A stretch of 64,000 nucleotides of DNA. Source: Alphaproteobacteria bacterium (GTDB lineage: Bacteria; Pseudomonadota; Alphaproteobacteria; RF32; CAG-239). The DNA is taken from positions 12,096 to 76,095 of the forward strand of contig JAZSQL010000050.1 of NCBI GenBank assembly GCA_045537965.1. The letters run 5' to 3'. The notes under the pieces were generated by a model, which worked only from the letters and a program-made list of their open reading frames with translations, ran no database searches and was not told the DNA's origin. Below are positions 17,085 through 25,579 of this stretch, piece by piece. Positions within the stretch are counted from its first letter, which is position 1, and every line of letters begins with the position of its first letter. The position numbers and the translations under genes were made by a program.

Positions 17085-19142
17085 TTATGCAACATCTTTT
17101 CTTGATGCTGCGGCTCTCTTTTCTGCCTTTTTCTCCTCATCGCAGATTGGGCAGTATTTGTGTTCTCCTGAAATATATCCATGCTTTGGACAGATGGAAA
17201 AAGTAGGAGTTATGGTAATGTACGGTAATCTATAATTTGTCAAAACACGCTTTACAATGTCACGACAAACTTTTGCTGAAGAAATGCGCTGCCCCATATA
17301 CAAATGTAAAACTGTACCACCTGTATATTTGGTTTGTAGGGTTGACTGCAAATCTAAAGCTTCAAATGGATCATCAGTATAACCAACAGGTAACTGAGAC
17401 GAGTTAGTATAAAATGGATTTTCTTTAGTTCCTGCTTGTATAATATCAACAAAACGCTTTTTATCTTCACGAGCAAAACGAGTGGTTGCGCCCTCTGCTG
17501 GAGTGGCTTCAAGATTATACATATGACCTGTTTCTTCTTGGATCTTAACTAATTTTTCGCGAATATAATCCAAAAACTTAATTGCAAATTCTTGTCCCCA
17601 TTGATCAGCAATTGAATGCTCATCATTGGTAAAATTTCTAATCATTTCGTTGATGCCATTTACACCAATTGTTGAAAAGTGATTACGCAATGTTCCAAGA
17701 TAACGCTTAGTAAATGGGAATAGACCACCATCAATCAAGCGTTGAATAAGTTTACGCTTAATCTCAAGCGATGTTTTTGAAAGCTCAAGTAATTCATCAA
17801 CTCGAGCATAAAGTCCAGCTTCATTACCCTTGTAAACATAGCCCAAACGAGCACAGTTAAAGGTTACAACACCGATAGATCCTGTTTGTTCAGCTGAGCC
17901 AAATAAACCATTACCACGTGCTAACAACTCACGTAAATCAAGTTGCAAACGACAACACATTGAACGAATCTGCCCAGGTTTTAACACTGAATTAATAAAG
18001 TTTTGGAAATAAGGCAAACCATATTTAGCTGTCATTTCAAACAATAATTCGGTATTTTCATCTTCCCACGGAAAATCTGGTGTCATATTATAAGTTGGAA
18101 TTGGGAAAGTAAACGGACGTCCTTTAATATCGCCTTTCATCATAACTTCAATATAGGCTTTATTAATCATATGCATTTCTTTTTGTAAATCACCATAAGT
18201 GAATTCTTGTTCAATACCTGCAATGATAGGATGAGTTTCGCGCAAATCTTCTGGACAAACCCAATCAAAAGTAAAGTTTGTGAAAGGTGTTTGTGAACCC
18301 CAACGTGATGGAACATTCAAATTGTAAATAAGTTCTTGTATGCATTGATAAACTTGCTTGTACTCTAATTTATCTTTACGAATGTATGGAGCAAGATAAG
18401 TATCAACCGATGAAAATGCTTGTGCTCCAGCCCATTCATTCTGTAAAGTTCCCATAAAATTAACCATTTGACCAATAGCTGCAGATAAATGCTTAGCAGG
18501 ACCAGCTTCTGCCTTACCTGGAACACCATTGAAACCTTCATGAAGCAAATTTTTTAATGACCAACCAGCACAATAAGCTGCTAACATACTTAAATCATGA
18601 ATATGAATATCGCCATTACGGTGAGCCTCTCCAATGTTAGCAGGATAAACATGGCTTAGCCAATAATTAGCCGTAACTTTACCAGAAACATTGAGTATTA
18701 AACCGCCATTTGAATAGCCTTGATTAGCATTTTCATTAATACGCCAGTCTAATCTTTCCAAATATTCGTTGATAGAGCTTTCAACATCTACCATAACTTT
18801 GTGATCTTGACGAACACGTTGACGTTGGTCACGATATAAAATATAGGCTTTTGCTGTAGCAAAATAGTTTGCAGAAATTAAAACTTGTTCAACAACATCT
18901 TGAATTTGTTCAATAGTTGGCAATTCAGCTTCAAACTTATGCTTTAACACTTTCAATACCTGAGCTGTGAGCAACCAGCTTTCTTCTTCGCCAAATTCTT
19001 TGGTAGTTGAACCCGCTTTATTAATGGCGTTATAAATTTTAGAGCTGTCAAATGGTGCCAAAGTTCCATCTCTTTTGGTTACCTTTTCAATACCGATTTT
19101 CTCTTCGGTTACTGAAGACATTTTGTACTCTGTTTCTGACAT
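17085..19142 (-). CDS. nrdD: anaerobic ribonucleoside-triphosphate reductase large chain, lacking the glycyl-radical tail
   Basis: N-terminal ATP-cone (VTKRDGTLAPFDSSKIYNAINKA). Core motifs include NLNVPSRWGSQTPFTNFTFD, SMCCRLQLD and GSIGVVTFN. The C-terminal Zn-ribbon CPKHG...CPIC is followed by a stop before any RVxGY motif. Confidence 0.85.
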   Translation of the reverse strand: MSETEYKMSSVTEEKIGIEKVTKRDGTLAPFDSSKIYNAINKAGSTTKEFGEEESWLLTAQVLKVLKHKFEAELPTIEQIQDVVEQVLISANYFATAKAYILYRDQRQRVRQDHKVMVDVESSINEYLERLDWRINENANQGYSNGGLILNVSGKVTANYWLSHVYPANIGEAHRNGDIHIHDLSMLAAYCAGWSLKNLLHEGFNGVPGKAEAGPAKHLSAAIGQMVNFMGTLQNEWAGAQAFSSVDTYLAPYIRKDKLEYKQVYQCIQELIYNLNVPSRWGSQTPFTNFTFDWVCPEDLRETHPIIAGIEQEFTYGDLQKEMHMINKAYIEVMMKGDIKGRPFTFPIPTYNMTPDFPWEDENTELLFEMTAKYGLPYFQNFINSVLKPGQIRSMCCRLQLDLRELLARGNGLFGSAEQTGSIGVVTFNCARLGYVYKGNEAGLYARVDELLELSKTSLEIKRKLIQRLIDGGLFPFTKRYLGTLRNHFSTIGVNGINEMIRNFTNDEHSIADQWGQEFAIKFLDYIREKLVKIQEETGHMYNLEATPAEGATTRFAREDKKRFVDIIQAGTKENPFYTNSSQLPVGYTDDPFEALDLQSTLQTKYTGGTVLHLYMGQRISSAKVCRDIVKRVLTNYRLPYITITPTFSICPKHGYISGEHKYCPICDEEKKAEKRAAASRKDVA

Positions 19143-19205
19143 ATCCTGTTCTTCTTTCCTTATCTTTTATGTGGTTAGACTCTAATGCCAAATCTGACAT
19201 CAAAC

Positions 19206-19252
19206 ATACAATATATTGTTTTAATAAAAAGTAAACGTACTATATATAGTAT
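19206..19252 (-). promoter_or_regulatory. tandem NrdR boxes upstream of nrdD
   Basis: Two palindromes, ACAATATATTGT (19208-19219) and ACTATATATAGT (19239-19250), with centres 31 bp apart, 64-110 bp upstream of the nrdD start. They match the NrdR-box core (acaCwAtATaTwGtgt) and the usual ~3-helical-turn tandem spacing. Confidence 0.6.
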
Positions 19253-19724
19253 ACACAATTTTTTATTTTGATAAAAAATAACAATACTTCGGTTGTATTC
19301 CGAATGGTCTTATTGTTATATATTCACCTTACCTACTCAATATAAATTTAGTTAACAAAAAACATATTTTTTGCTATCTATTTAAAAAACAATCATAAAA
19401 AAATTTTTATCCTGAGGATAAAACTCTTAACAACTTTTAACGTTTGTCAATATGTCCAAAAATTTAAGTAATTTAGGCAATAAATTAACTGTTTTTGATA
19501 TTTTTGCGAGTCGTACTTTATATTTGGATTCGACTCGAATTACATATAATTAAAGTAAAAAAACAATATATTTTAAAATTTTTGCATTTAAAAAGGATGC
19601 AGTTAATTTCAACATTTTTAGGAGAGTTTTGTTTTCGTTCTTCTGGATCTAGAGTTACCCTATCTATGTAGCACAAAATATTATAGTTTACCTTTGGAAG
19701 TTAATTTAAAGTAACCAAGGATAT

Positions 19725-19759
19725 AAAAAAACAGCATCTTTATAACGATGCTGTTTTTT
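19725..19759. terminator. bidirectional rho-independent terminator downstream of the TolC-like gene
   Basis: ACAGCATC / GATGCTGT stem flanked by A6 and T6 runs, 10 nt past the stop at 19768. Confidence 0.7.
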
Positions 19760-19767
19760 ATTTGTTA

Positions 19768-21660
19768 CTAATTAGCTTTTTTGACAACATCTTCGCCAAT
19801 AACTTCGGTTGCTATGTACTCATCAGAACATTGACGACCAACGCAACGTTTTAATACTTGAGCTGTACGTCCCTCTGTCAACCCCATTAATTTTACAGAA
19901 GGAACATAAACATCGGTAATTTTAATAGCAAAGGTAACATAGGCTATACGCCCCTCTTCGTCAGACATATAAGCTTTTAGACGATATGTCCCAACATTTC
20001 CTGGCATAGCCATACCAACGAAAGCACGTTTACCTTCATCAAACATTACCCAATCTGGTAATGGTGTATCGTCTATCATTCCAGCTTTAAACATTACTTG
20101 CCCTTTAAAGTCCATTTTATTAATTAATGCATCTGGAATCACTACTTCAAACTTTTGACCACTTTCTAGTGTTAAATCTGGCAACAACTTATCTGAAGAC
20201 AAATTAACAGGAGGGCGTTTAGCGGGAACATCTAACATATATGGACGATTATCTGGCAAAAATTCTCCTTTACGCCATTTTTCCAAAACTCCACGTAAAT
20301 ATATTGCTATTTTTGAAGGTTTTTCATTTAGCATATAGTAAGGAATGGCATCCATACCCAATGTTGAATATAAGTTACCTAAAGCATCTTGTACATTAAC
20401 ATAGGCCAGCATTGCTTTAGACTCATCCTCAATAGCTCGTGCAGATTCTAATTGCGATTTAGCAGAACGAACGCCGCTAGACATTGTGGTATCTTCAGCA
20501 ATATCTTCAGATGCGTTAGCTAGTTCCTCAGCAATTTGATAATCCTCTATAGCAGACATATAACGCGCCCAAGCTACATAAACTTGTGTTAAAATAAGAT
20601 TAGTCATACGTTGACGACGCAAAGATTCTGCTTCAAAATATTTTGGATTACTAACGTTTTCAAACACTTCCATACCAACTTCTTTAGCCTTTTTAGACCA
20701 TGCTCGATTATAATAATTAGCATCATTTTTATATTTTACATTGCCAGGGTCTGAAAAGATTTTAAATGAAGCTATAACTTCATCAACATTAGTGACCAAA
20801 TCTCTTGTCCTTAGCTCTGGACGATTAGTCAGAGCGACCCATTCCATTTCACTTAAGGAACTTTTTATTTCTGGAAGATTAAAATTACCAGCTTCTTTTC
20901 CTACTAGAGTAATTTCGGTTGAAGGGTGAAATCCCATGAGCGAAACTAATCTAACTTCTGCTGTTTCTAAATCACGCTTTAAGGCTGAAAGCTCTTTAGT
21001 TGATTGCATAAATTCTCTTTTACGCTCTAGTTCTGCGACACTCAAACTTTTTCCTTCACGAGTAAGTTCTGCTGTTTTGGCATTTAGCTCATCGACATCT
21101 AACGTCATATACTCAATCATATCGTCAATCAAAGGGAGCAATCTTTGAGCTGTTAAAGCTTTCCAATACAAGACCCTAGTTTCTTGCATGAGATTATGAA
21201 TGACTTTACGGCTTTGTTCATAAGCTACACTAGTTTGATACCAATCATCTTTACTTTGGTAGTAGACTGTACTAACATCTAAAATATTCCAAGCTAACTT
21301 GAGCTCAGAATCCATAGCACTTTTGTTATCTGTATTAACATATCCAGCCGAAGAGAAAATTTCAGGCAAACGATTTTCTGGATTCATCCCGACTTCTATC
21401 ATACTTTGCTGATAACTTACCAAACGGCGTGTGTAATTATATTTCAGTGCAAGAGCAAAAGCCATATACATATCTATTGGTTTTTGTATTTTGCGAGGAG
21501 TATTTGCATACATTGTTTGCATATCCGTATCCACACGAATCGCTCTATCCCAATCAGTATATGCAGCAGGTGCTGGAATATCCACTTCATAATATTCTGT
21601 GTTAGAACATGCACTTATCAACAAAGTAAAAAAGATAAACAAAGACAGTATTTTATGCAT
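19768..21660 (-). CDS. outer-membrane-factor (TolC/OprM-like) lipoprotein with extra C-terminal Ig/cadherin-like domain
   Basis: Lipobox LLISAC. Two long helical repeat halves have OEP-like features (ALALKYNYTRR..., TNRPELRTRDL..., coiled-coil stretches). The ~160-aa C-terminal extension (GQKFEVVIPDA...PLPDWVMFDEGKRAFVGMAMPGNVGTYRLKAYMSDEEG) resembles putative-Ig / dystroglycan-type cadherin-like domains. Confidence 0.45.
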   Translation of the reverse strand: MHKILSLFIFFTLLISACSNTEYYEVDIPAPAAYTDWDRAIRVDTDMQTMYANTPRKIQKPIDMYMAFALALKYNYTRRLVSYQQSMIEVGMNPENRLPEIFSSAGYVNTDNKSAMDSELKLAWNILDVSTVYYQSKDDWYQTSVAYEQSRKVIHNLMQETRVLYWKALTAQRLLPLIDDMIEYMTLDVDELNAKTAELTREGKSLSVAELERKREFMQSTKELSALKRDLETAEVRLVSLMGFHPSTEITLVGKEAGNFNLPEIKSSLSEMEWVALTNRPELRTRDLVTNVDEVIASFKIFSDPGNVKYKNDANYYNRAWSKKAKEVGMEVFENVSNPKYFEAESLRRQRMTNLILTQVYVAWARYMSAIEDYQIAEELANASEDIAEDTTMSSGVRSAKSQLESARAIEDESKAMLAYVNVQDALGNLYSTLGMDAIPYYMLNEKPSKIAIYLRGVLEKWRKGEFLPDNRPYMLDVPAKRPPVNLSSDKLLPDLTLESGQKFEVVIPDALINKMDFKGQVMFKAGMIDDTPLPDWVMFDEGKRAFVGMAMPGNVGTYRLKAYMSDEEGRIAYVTFAIKITDVYVPSVKLMGLTEGRTAQVLKRCVGRQCSDEYIATEVIGEDVVKKAN

Positions 21661-21833
21661 AACCTTAACCTTAAAAACTAGTATTAGTTAGTAGTAGGTT
21701 ATACTAATATTTTTAAGATTAATAGTATTTATTTGCTTTTATTCAACTTTGTTGTATAAAATTAATAAAAAAGATATTTTTTGTATGATATAATGAGAGT
21801 ATAAATGGTTATCATATATTAAATTGAGGCAAA

Positions 21834-22613
21834 ATGCTTGATTTATTAAAAACGGTATTTAAATATAAAGAAAAAAGAAGTCCAGATAAGCTTGGTCTTT
21901 ATCCCGAAGCTATTCACACCTCAGCCATGCCTGAAAGACGTTATTTGTGGAGTTCTCGTCTTTTAGTTATTTTTTCGGCTTTAAGCATATGTTTGAATAT
22001 GGTTTTAACATCAACTATCTTTATTATGCTTCCGCAAAGGGGTGCTTATCCTTTACTATTTCAACACGACAAAATTTTTAGCCAACTAAATTTTATTGAA
22101 AAACAAAAACGACCTATTGCAGCAACGGATCTTCTAACAGAATTATTCATCAAGGAATATGTATTGTTGCGCCATGTTATTACAGCTGATTATGATGAGG
22201 TAATGACTCGTTGGGGACCTAATTCTCGTTTGTTTTGGATGTCTTCTCGCAAAGTTTATCAAGACTTTATTGCAACTGATATTAATAATAATGTAAACGC
22301 TTTTAAAATGCGTGGTCTAGTTAGACTTGCAGAAATAGAATGGGTAAAACCTACATCACGTGGATTTTGGCAAGTTCAGTTTATTACAATGGATTATTAT
22401 CCTGGTGAAACAACTCCCATAATTAATATTTGGCGGGCACATATTAGGGCTATATTAGCATCAATTCCTTATGAAAATCGTTCTTTAAGAGAACAAAATC
22501 CTTTTGGATTTTTGGTTACTAATTATGCGTTATCTTATGTTGGAACCCCTAATGATCCGCAAAGCTATATGAATACCGCTAAAGAAGTGCGGTTTGAGCA
22601 ATATGCTTATTAA
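21834..22613 (+). CDS. VirB8-family (T4SS inner-membrane component-like) protein, paralog A
   Basis: Bitopic layout: short cytoplasmic N-terminus, one TM (LLVIFSALSICLNMVLTSTIFIML), and a ~190-aa periplasmic domain. ELFIKEYVLLRH matches the VirB8 l..YV..RE.y motif. The C-terminal NPFGFLVTNY matches the VirB8 NPLGF-V--Y motif. Confidence 0.55.
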   Translation: MLDLLKTVFKYKEKRSPDKLGLYPEAIHTSAMPERRYLWSSRLLVIFSALSICLNMVLTSTIFIMLPQRGAYPLLFQHDKIFSQLNFIEKQKRPIAATDLLTELFIKEYVLLRHVITADYDEVMTRWGPNSRLFWMSSRKVYQDFIATDINNNVNAFKMRGLVRLAEIEWVKPTSRGFWQVQFITMDYYPGETTPIINIWRAHIRAILASIPYENRSLREQNPFGFLVTNYALSYVGTPNDPQSYMNTAKEVRFEQYAY

Positions 22614-22631
22614 TACAAAAGGTTGGAATCC

Positions 22632-23438
22632 ATGAGTCTTTTTTCAACCATATTTAGATATCGTGATAAAAAAAGTCCTGATAGACTAGGGCTTTATCCT
22701 GAAAAGTTTCATCTGCCTTCTTTTCCAGAAAGAAGATATTTATGGACGTCTAGGATATTAGTGATTTTTGCTGTATTGAGTTTTTGTATAACTATAATGC
22801 TGACAATGGTTGTTTATCTTTTGTTACCTCAAAAAAATGCTATTCCGATATTTTATCGTTCTAACTTACAGTCTTTTTCTCTTGAAAAAGTTCAACCTCA
22901 GAGAATTAAAGTGTCCTATCAAGACATGCTTACAGAAAAATATATTGAAGATTACATAGAAATGCGTCATGCAATTCCTAAATCCTCTGCCGATCTATAT
23001 TATAAATGGGACACATCATCTTTATTTTATTGGTATTCAGGATTAAATAACTATTATAAATTTATACATAAAATTAATAAAGAGCAATTGCGCAGTTTTA
23101 TGCGTCAACAAATGAAAAGATTTGTAGATATTAAAAAAATTACAAAAATATCTAATGATTTTTGGATAGCCGAGTTTACCACTACAACTACTACAAAAAA
23201 TATACCTGAACCAAATACTATTCGCTGGAAAGCTTATATGCGGATTAGATATTTAGAGTTTGATAAGTATGAAGATCTTGAAAAAACAGAAGAAGAAAAA
23301 AAGAATTATATCTCTAATCCTTTTGGTTTTAAGGTTATGCAATATTCTCTTTCATACGTTGGTAAACCCGAAAAAGCAGATACAGCGATGGAAGTCGCCA
23401 AAAAGATTTTTGAAACAACTGAAGACGTCGTAAAATAG
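22632..23438 (+). CDS. VirB8-family protein, paralog B
   Basis: Same architecture. The N-terminal 70 aa are clearly homologous to paralog A (KSPD+LGLYPE..., PERRYLW+SR+LVIF). Also has KYIEDYIEMRH and NPFGFKVMQY. ATG at 22632 preferred over TTG at 22623. Confidence 0.55.
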   Translation: MSLFSTIFRYRDKKSPDRLGLYPEKFHLPSFPERRYLWTSRILVIFAVLSFCITIMLTMVVYLLLPQKNAIPIFYRSNLQSFSLEKVQPQRIKVSYQDMLTEKYIEDYIEMRHAIPKSSADLYYKWDTSSLFYWYSGLNNYYKFIHKINKEQLRSFMRQQMKRFVDIKKITKISNDFWIAEFTTTTTTKNIPEPNTIRWKAYMRIRYLEFDKYEDLEKTEEEKKNYISNPFGFKVMQYSLSYVGKPEKADTAMEVAKKIFETTEDVVK

Positions 23439-23445
23439 TTCTTTA

Positions 23446-25494
23446 TTAAAAACACTTTGCAATATTTTTAATAATTGGTATTTTGTTGTATTCTGGATTT
23501 CTAACAGGGATAAATTCCTTTTCTAAATCGAATGCCCATATAGCAGCTTGGTAATTCAAGAAATCTTTACCCAATATAATATTGTCGTGATGTTGAATTA
23601 AATATTTCCTAAACTTTTTGATATCTTCGATATAATATTTTATAAGGCCTAAACGTTTAGAATATACACCTAAAGAAATAACGATTATAGAAGTTGAGGC
23701 AATAATTAATAAAGCTGCTAATGGATGTATGACTGCAGACATAACGGTCAAAGATAATATAACAATATCTATGCTCAGTAATCTACAAATTATTTTTTGC
23801 CATAGTTTCTTCCCTGTTTGCCACAAAACCATTCCTAGCAAACATATTAAAGATGAACACACTAAAACCGTAAAAGTATGACCTGTATTAATCTTGAAAG
23901 ATGATATAAATAACTCTGTTAGTATGAGCATTCCTAAACTAAATAGTAGGTAACCGATATTTAATTTTAATCTAAATTTTAACATTTGTTTCCTTAAACC
24001 ATTTTCAATTTTTGATGCAAAACGTTTTAGTGGTAAAATGTTGTGTTTATTGACATTAAATGTGGTTTCATGATTAGGAAATAAATCACGCAGTGCTTTC
24101 TGCTCAAAAGTATTTAAACTTTTTATATTGTCTGTTCGCTTAATTAATAGGATAGTCTCTCCAGACTGCTGAATATCTATTATATTTTTTTTATATAACT
24201 CCAAGATAAAACCACATATTGACTTTACATCAAAACTATCTAGTAAAAAATAGCGAATAACCATCGCAGTTTTATTTAGAGTAATTTTCTTATTTTGTGT
24301 CTTGCCTTTTGATATATATCGCCAAGAAATAACAAAAGATAATGCTATAACCCATAAGCCTAGTAACGATAAATAAATATCACCATAATTATAAAACGAA
24401 CGCATTATACTTTGCCATATTGTCTGTGAAAATAATGCTTTTTTATCAATATCAGTAATAATATGCATTCCCTCACCTATAAATAGCGGTCTTTTAGCTA
24501 TGTATGCAAAAGCTGATGGACCATTAGGGCTTATGTCAACAATGTTTGTTTGTAAGTAACTTGGAACGCCTAATAAAACATTGCTACCTAAAACACTATT
24601 AACTTTTGGCAAGGCTACACTTGCTCCAAGCCTGTCTACAACAAGATTCCAACCGCTTCCTCCAACGTCCCAATAAAAACGGTAAAAATCGTCATATTCC
24701 CAAAGTAAATTATCTACAAGATATTCAAACTTATAGGTATATATCCCTGGAGACAAACGATAGTTTGCTTCTGGAACTAAAAAAACATTTTTTCCGTCTG
24801 ATTTAAGATGATAATTGAGCGAAGCCTCATTTACATCTACGTTTATAATTGAATAGTCTAAATATTTAGATTTACCTTCTGGACTGTATGTTTTTAGTGG
24901 TAATATTTTAGTCAATCCCTCCTTTAATTTTTGACCATTAGCAACAACAGTTATTGTTTCTTCAAATTTAACAAGACCATTAGGTAATATCTCTATTGAA
25001 TTCATAAGATATGGTATATGCTCTAATGCTGGAATCGTAAATGAGGTATAGTAAGGAGGTAAGTTTGCGCTGATGGTTGGAATATTACTTTGATTCCAGT
25101 CTTTTTCCTGCTCTGTAACAGTACGCTGAAAAACTGTTGATTGAACAACATCTTGGCGTTCTATTTGAGTTGTATTTTTTACTCTAGCAAGTGCTTGATC
25201 ATATATTTTTTCAAAAAAACCTTTTTGACTTTCTTCAGCCTGATGTTGTTGTAATGATGTTTTAACATAATCAAAATTTTTATTTAAACTTGCTTTATTA
25301 GCTTTTTGGGCTTTACTAAATCTTTCTTGTATAAAATCTTTAAATTCATCGTAGTCAACAACTTTAATTTCTGGTGTTTGATTTTGCTGTTGTTGAGGTT
25401 TGATATTTTCGTAGCCGCTAATAGGCGTGATACGAGCACAAACTGTGGTAATGAACATTAAATTGAAACAAATTGCAAAAAAAAGTTTCTTCAT
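23446..25494 (-). CDS. DUF2207-like membrane protein (682 aa)
   Basis: Signal peptide, then a large extracytoplasmic beta-rich domain (IEILPNGLVKFEETITVVANG..., YTYKFEYLVDNLL), followed by several C-terminal TM helices. This is the DUF2207 architecture. Confidence 0.45.
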   Translation of the reverse strand: MKKLFFAICFNLMFITTVCARITPISGYENIKPQQQQNQTPEIKVVDYDEFKDFIQERFSKAQKANKASLNKNFDYVKTSLQQHQAEESQKGFFEKIYDQALARVKNTTQIERQDVVQSTVFQRTVTEQEKDWNQSNIPTISANLPPYYTSFTIPALEHIPYLMNSIEILPNGLVKFEETITVVANGQKLKEGLTKILPLKTYSPEGKSKYLDYSIINVDVNEASLNYHLKSDGKNVFLVPEANYRLSPGIYTYKFEYLVDNLLWEYDDFYRFYWDVGGSGWNLVVDRLGASVALPKVNSVLGSNVLLGVPSYLQTNIVDISPNGPSAFAYIAKRPLFIGEGMHIITDIDKKALFSQTIWQSIMRSFYNYGDIYLSLLGLWVIALSFVISWRYISKGKTQNKKITLNKTAMVIRYFLLDSFDVKSICGFILELYKKNIIDIQQSGETILLIKRTDNIKSLNTFEQKALRDLFPNHETTFNVNKHNILPLKRFASKIENGLRKQMLKFRLKLNIGYLLFSLGMLILTELFISSFKINTGHTFTVLVCSSLICLLGMVLWQTGKKLWQKIICRLLSIDIVILSLTVMSAVIHPLAALLIIASTSIIVISLGVYSKRLGLIKYYIEDIKKFRKYLIQHHDNIILGKDFLNYQAAIWAFDLEKEFIPVRNPEYNKIPIIKNIAKCF

Positions 25495-25579
25495 AACTTG
25501 ACACCCGACATTAACTGATTCATCATATTGATTATTGTATTATAAGAGTTGTTAAAAAGTTATAAAGGAGAAAATAGAA

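Noticed and set aside
16835-17182. The 115-aa version of the ORF downstream of nrdD overlaps the nrdD 3' end. I considered it as evidence for a simple frameshift within one nrdD gene.
   Set aside because: The upstream 44 codons (MDIFQENTNTAQSAMRRKRQ...) resemble nothing in NrdD. nrdD reaches a clean stop after its Zn-ribbon. The internal ATG at 17050 has a good GGAGA RBS 34 nt past that stop. I therefore annotate 16835-17050 as a separate ORF. A sequencing error cannot be excluded without reads.
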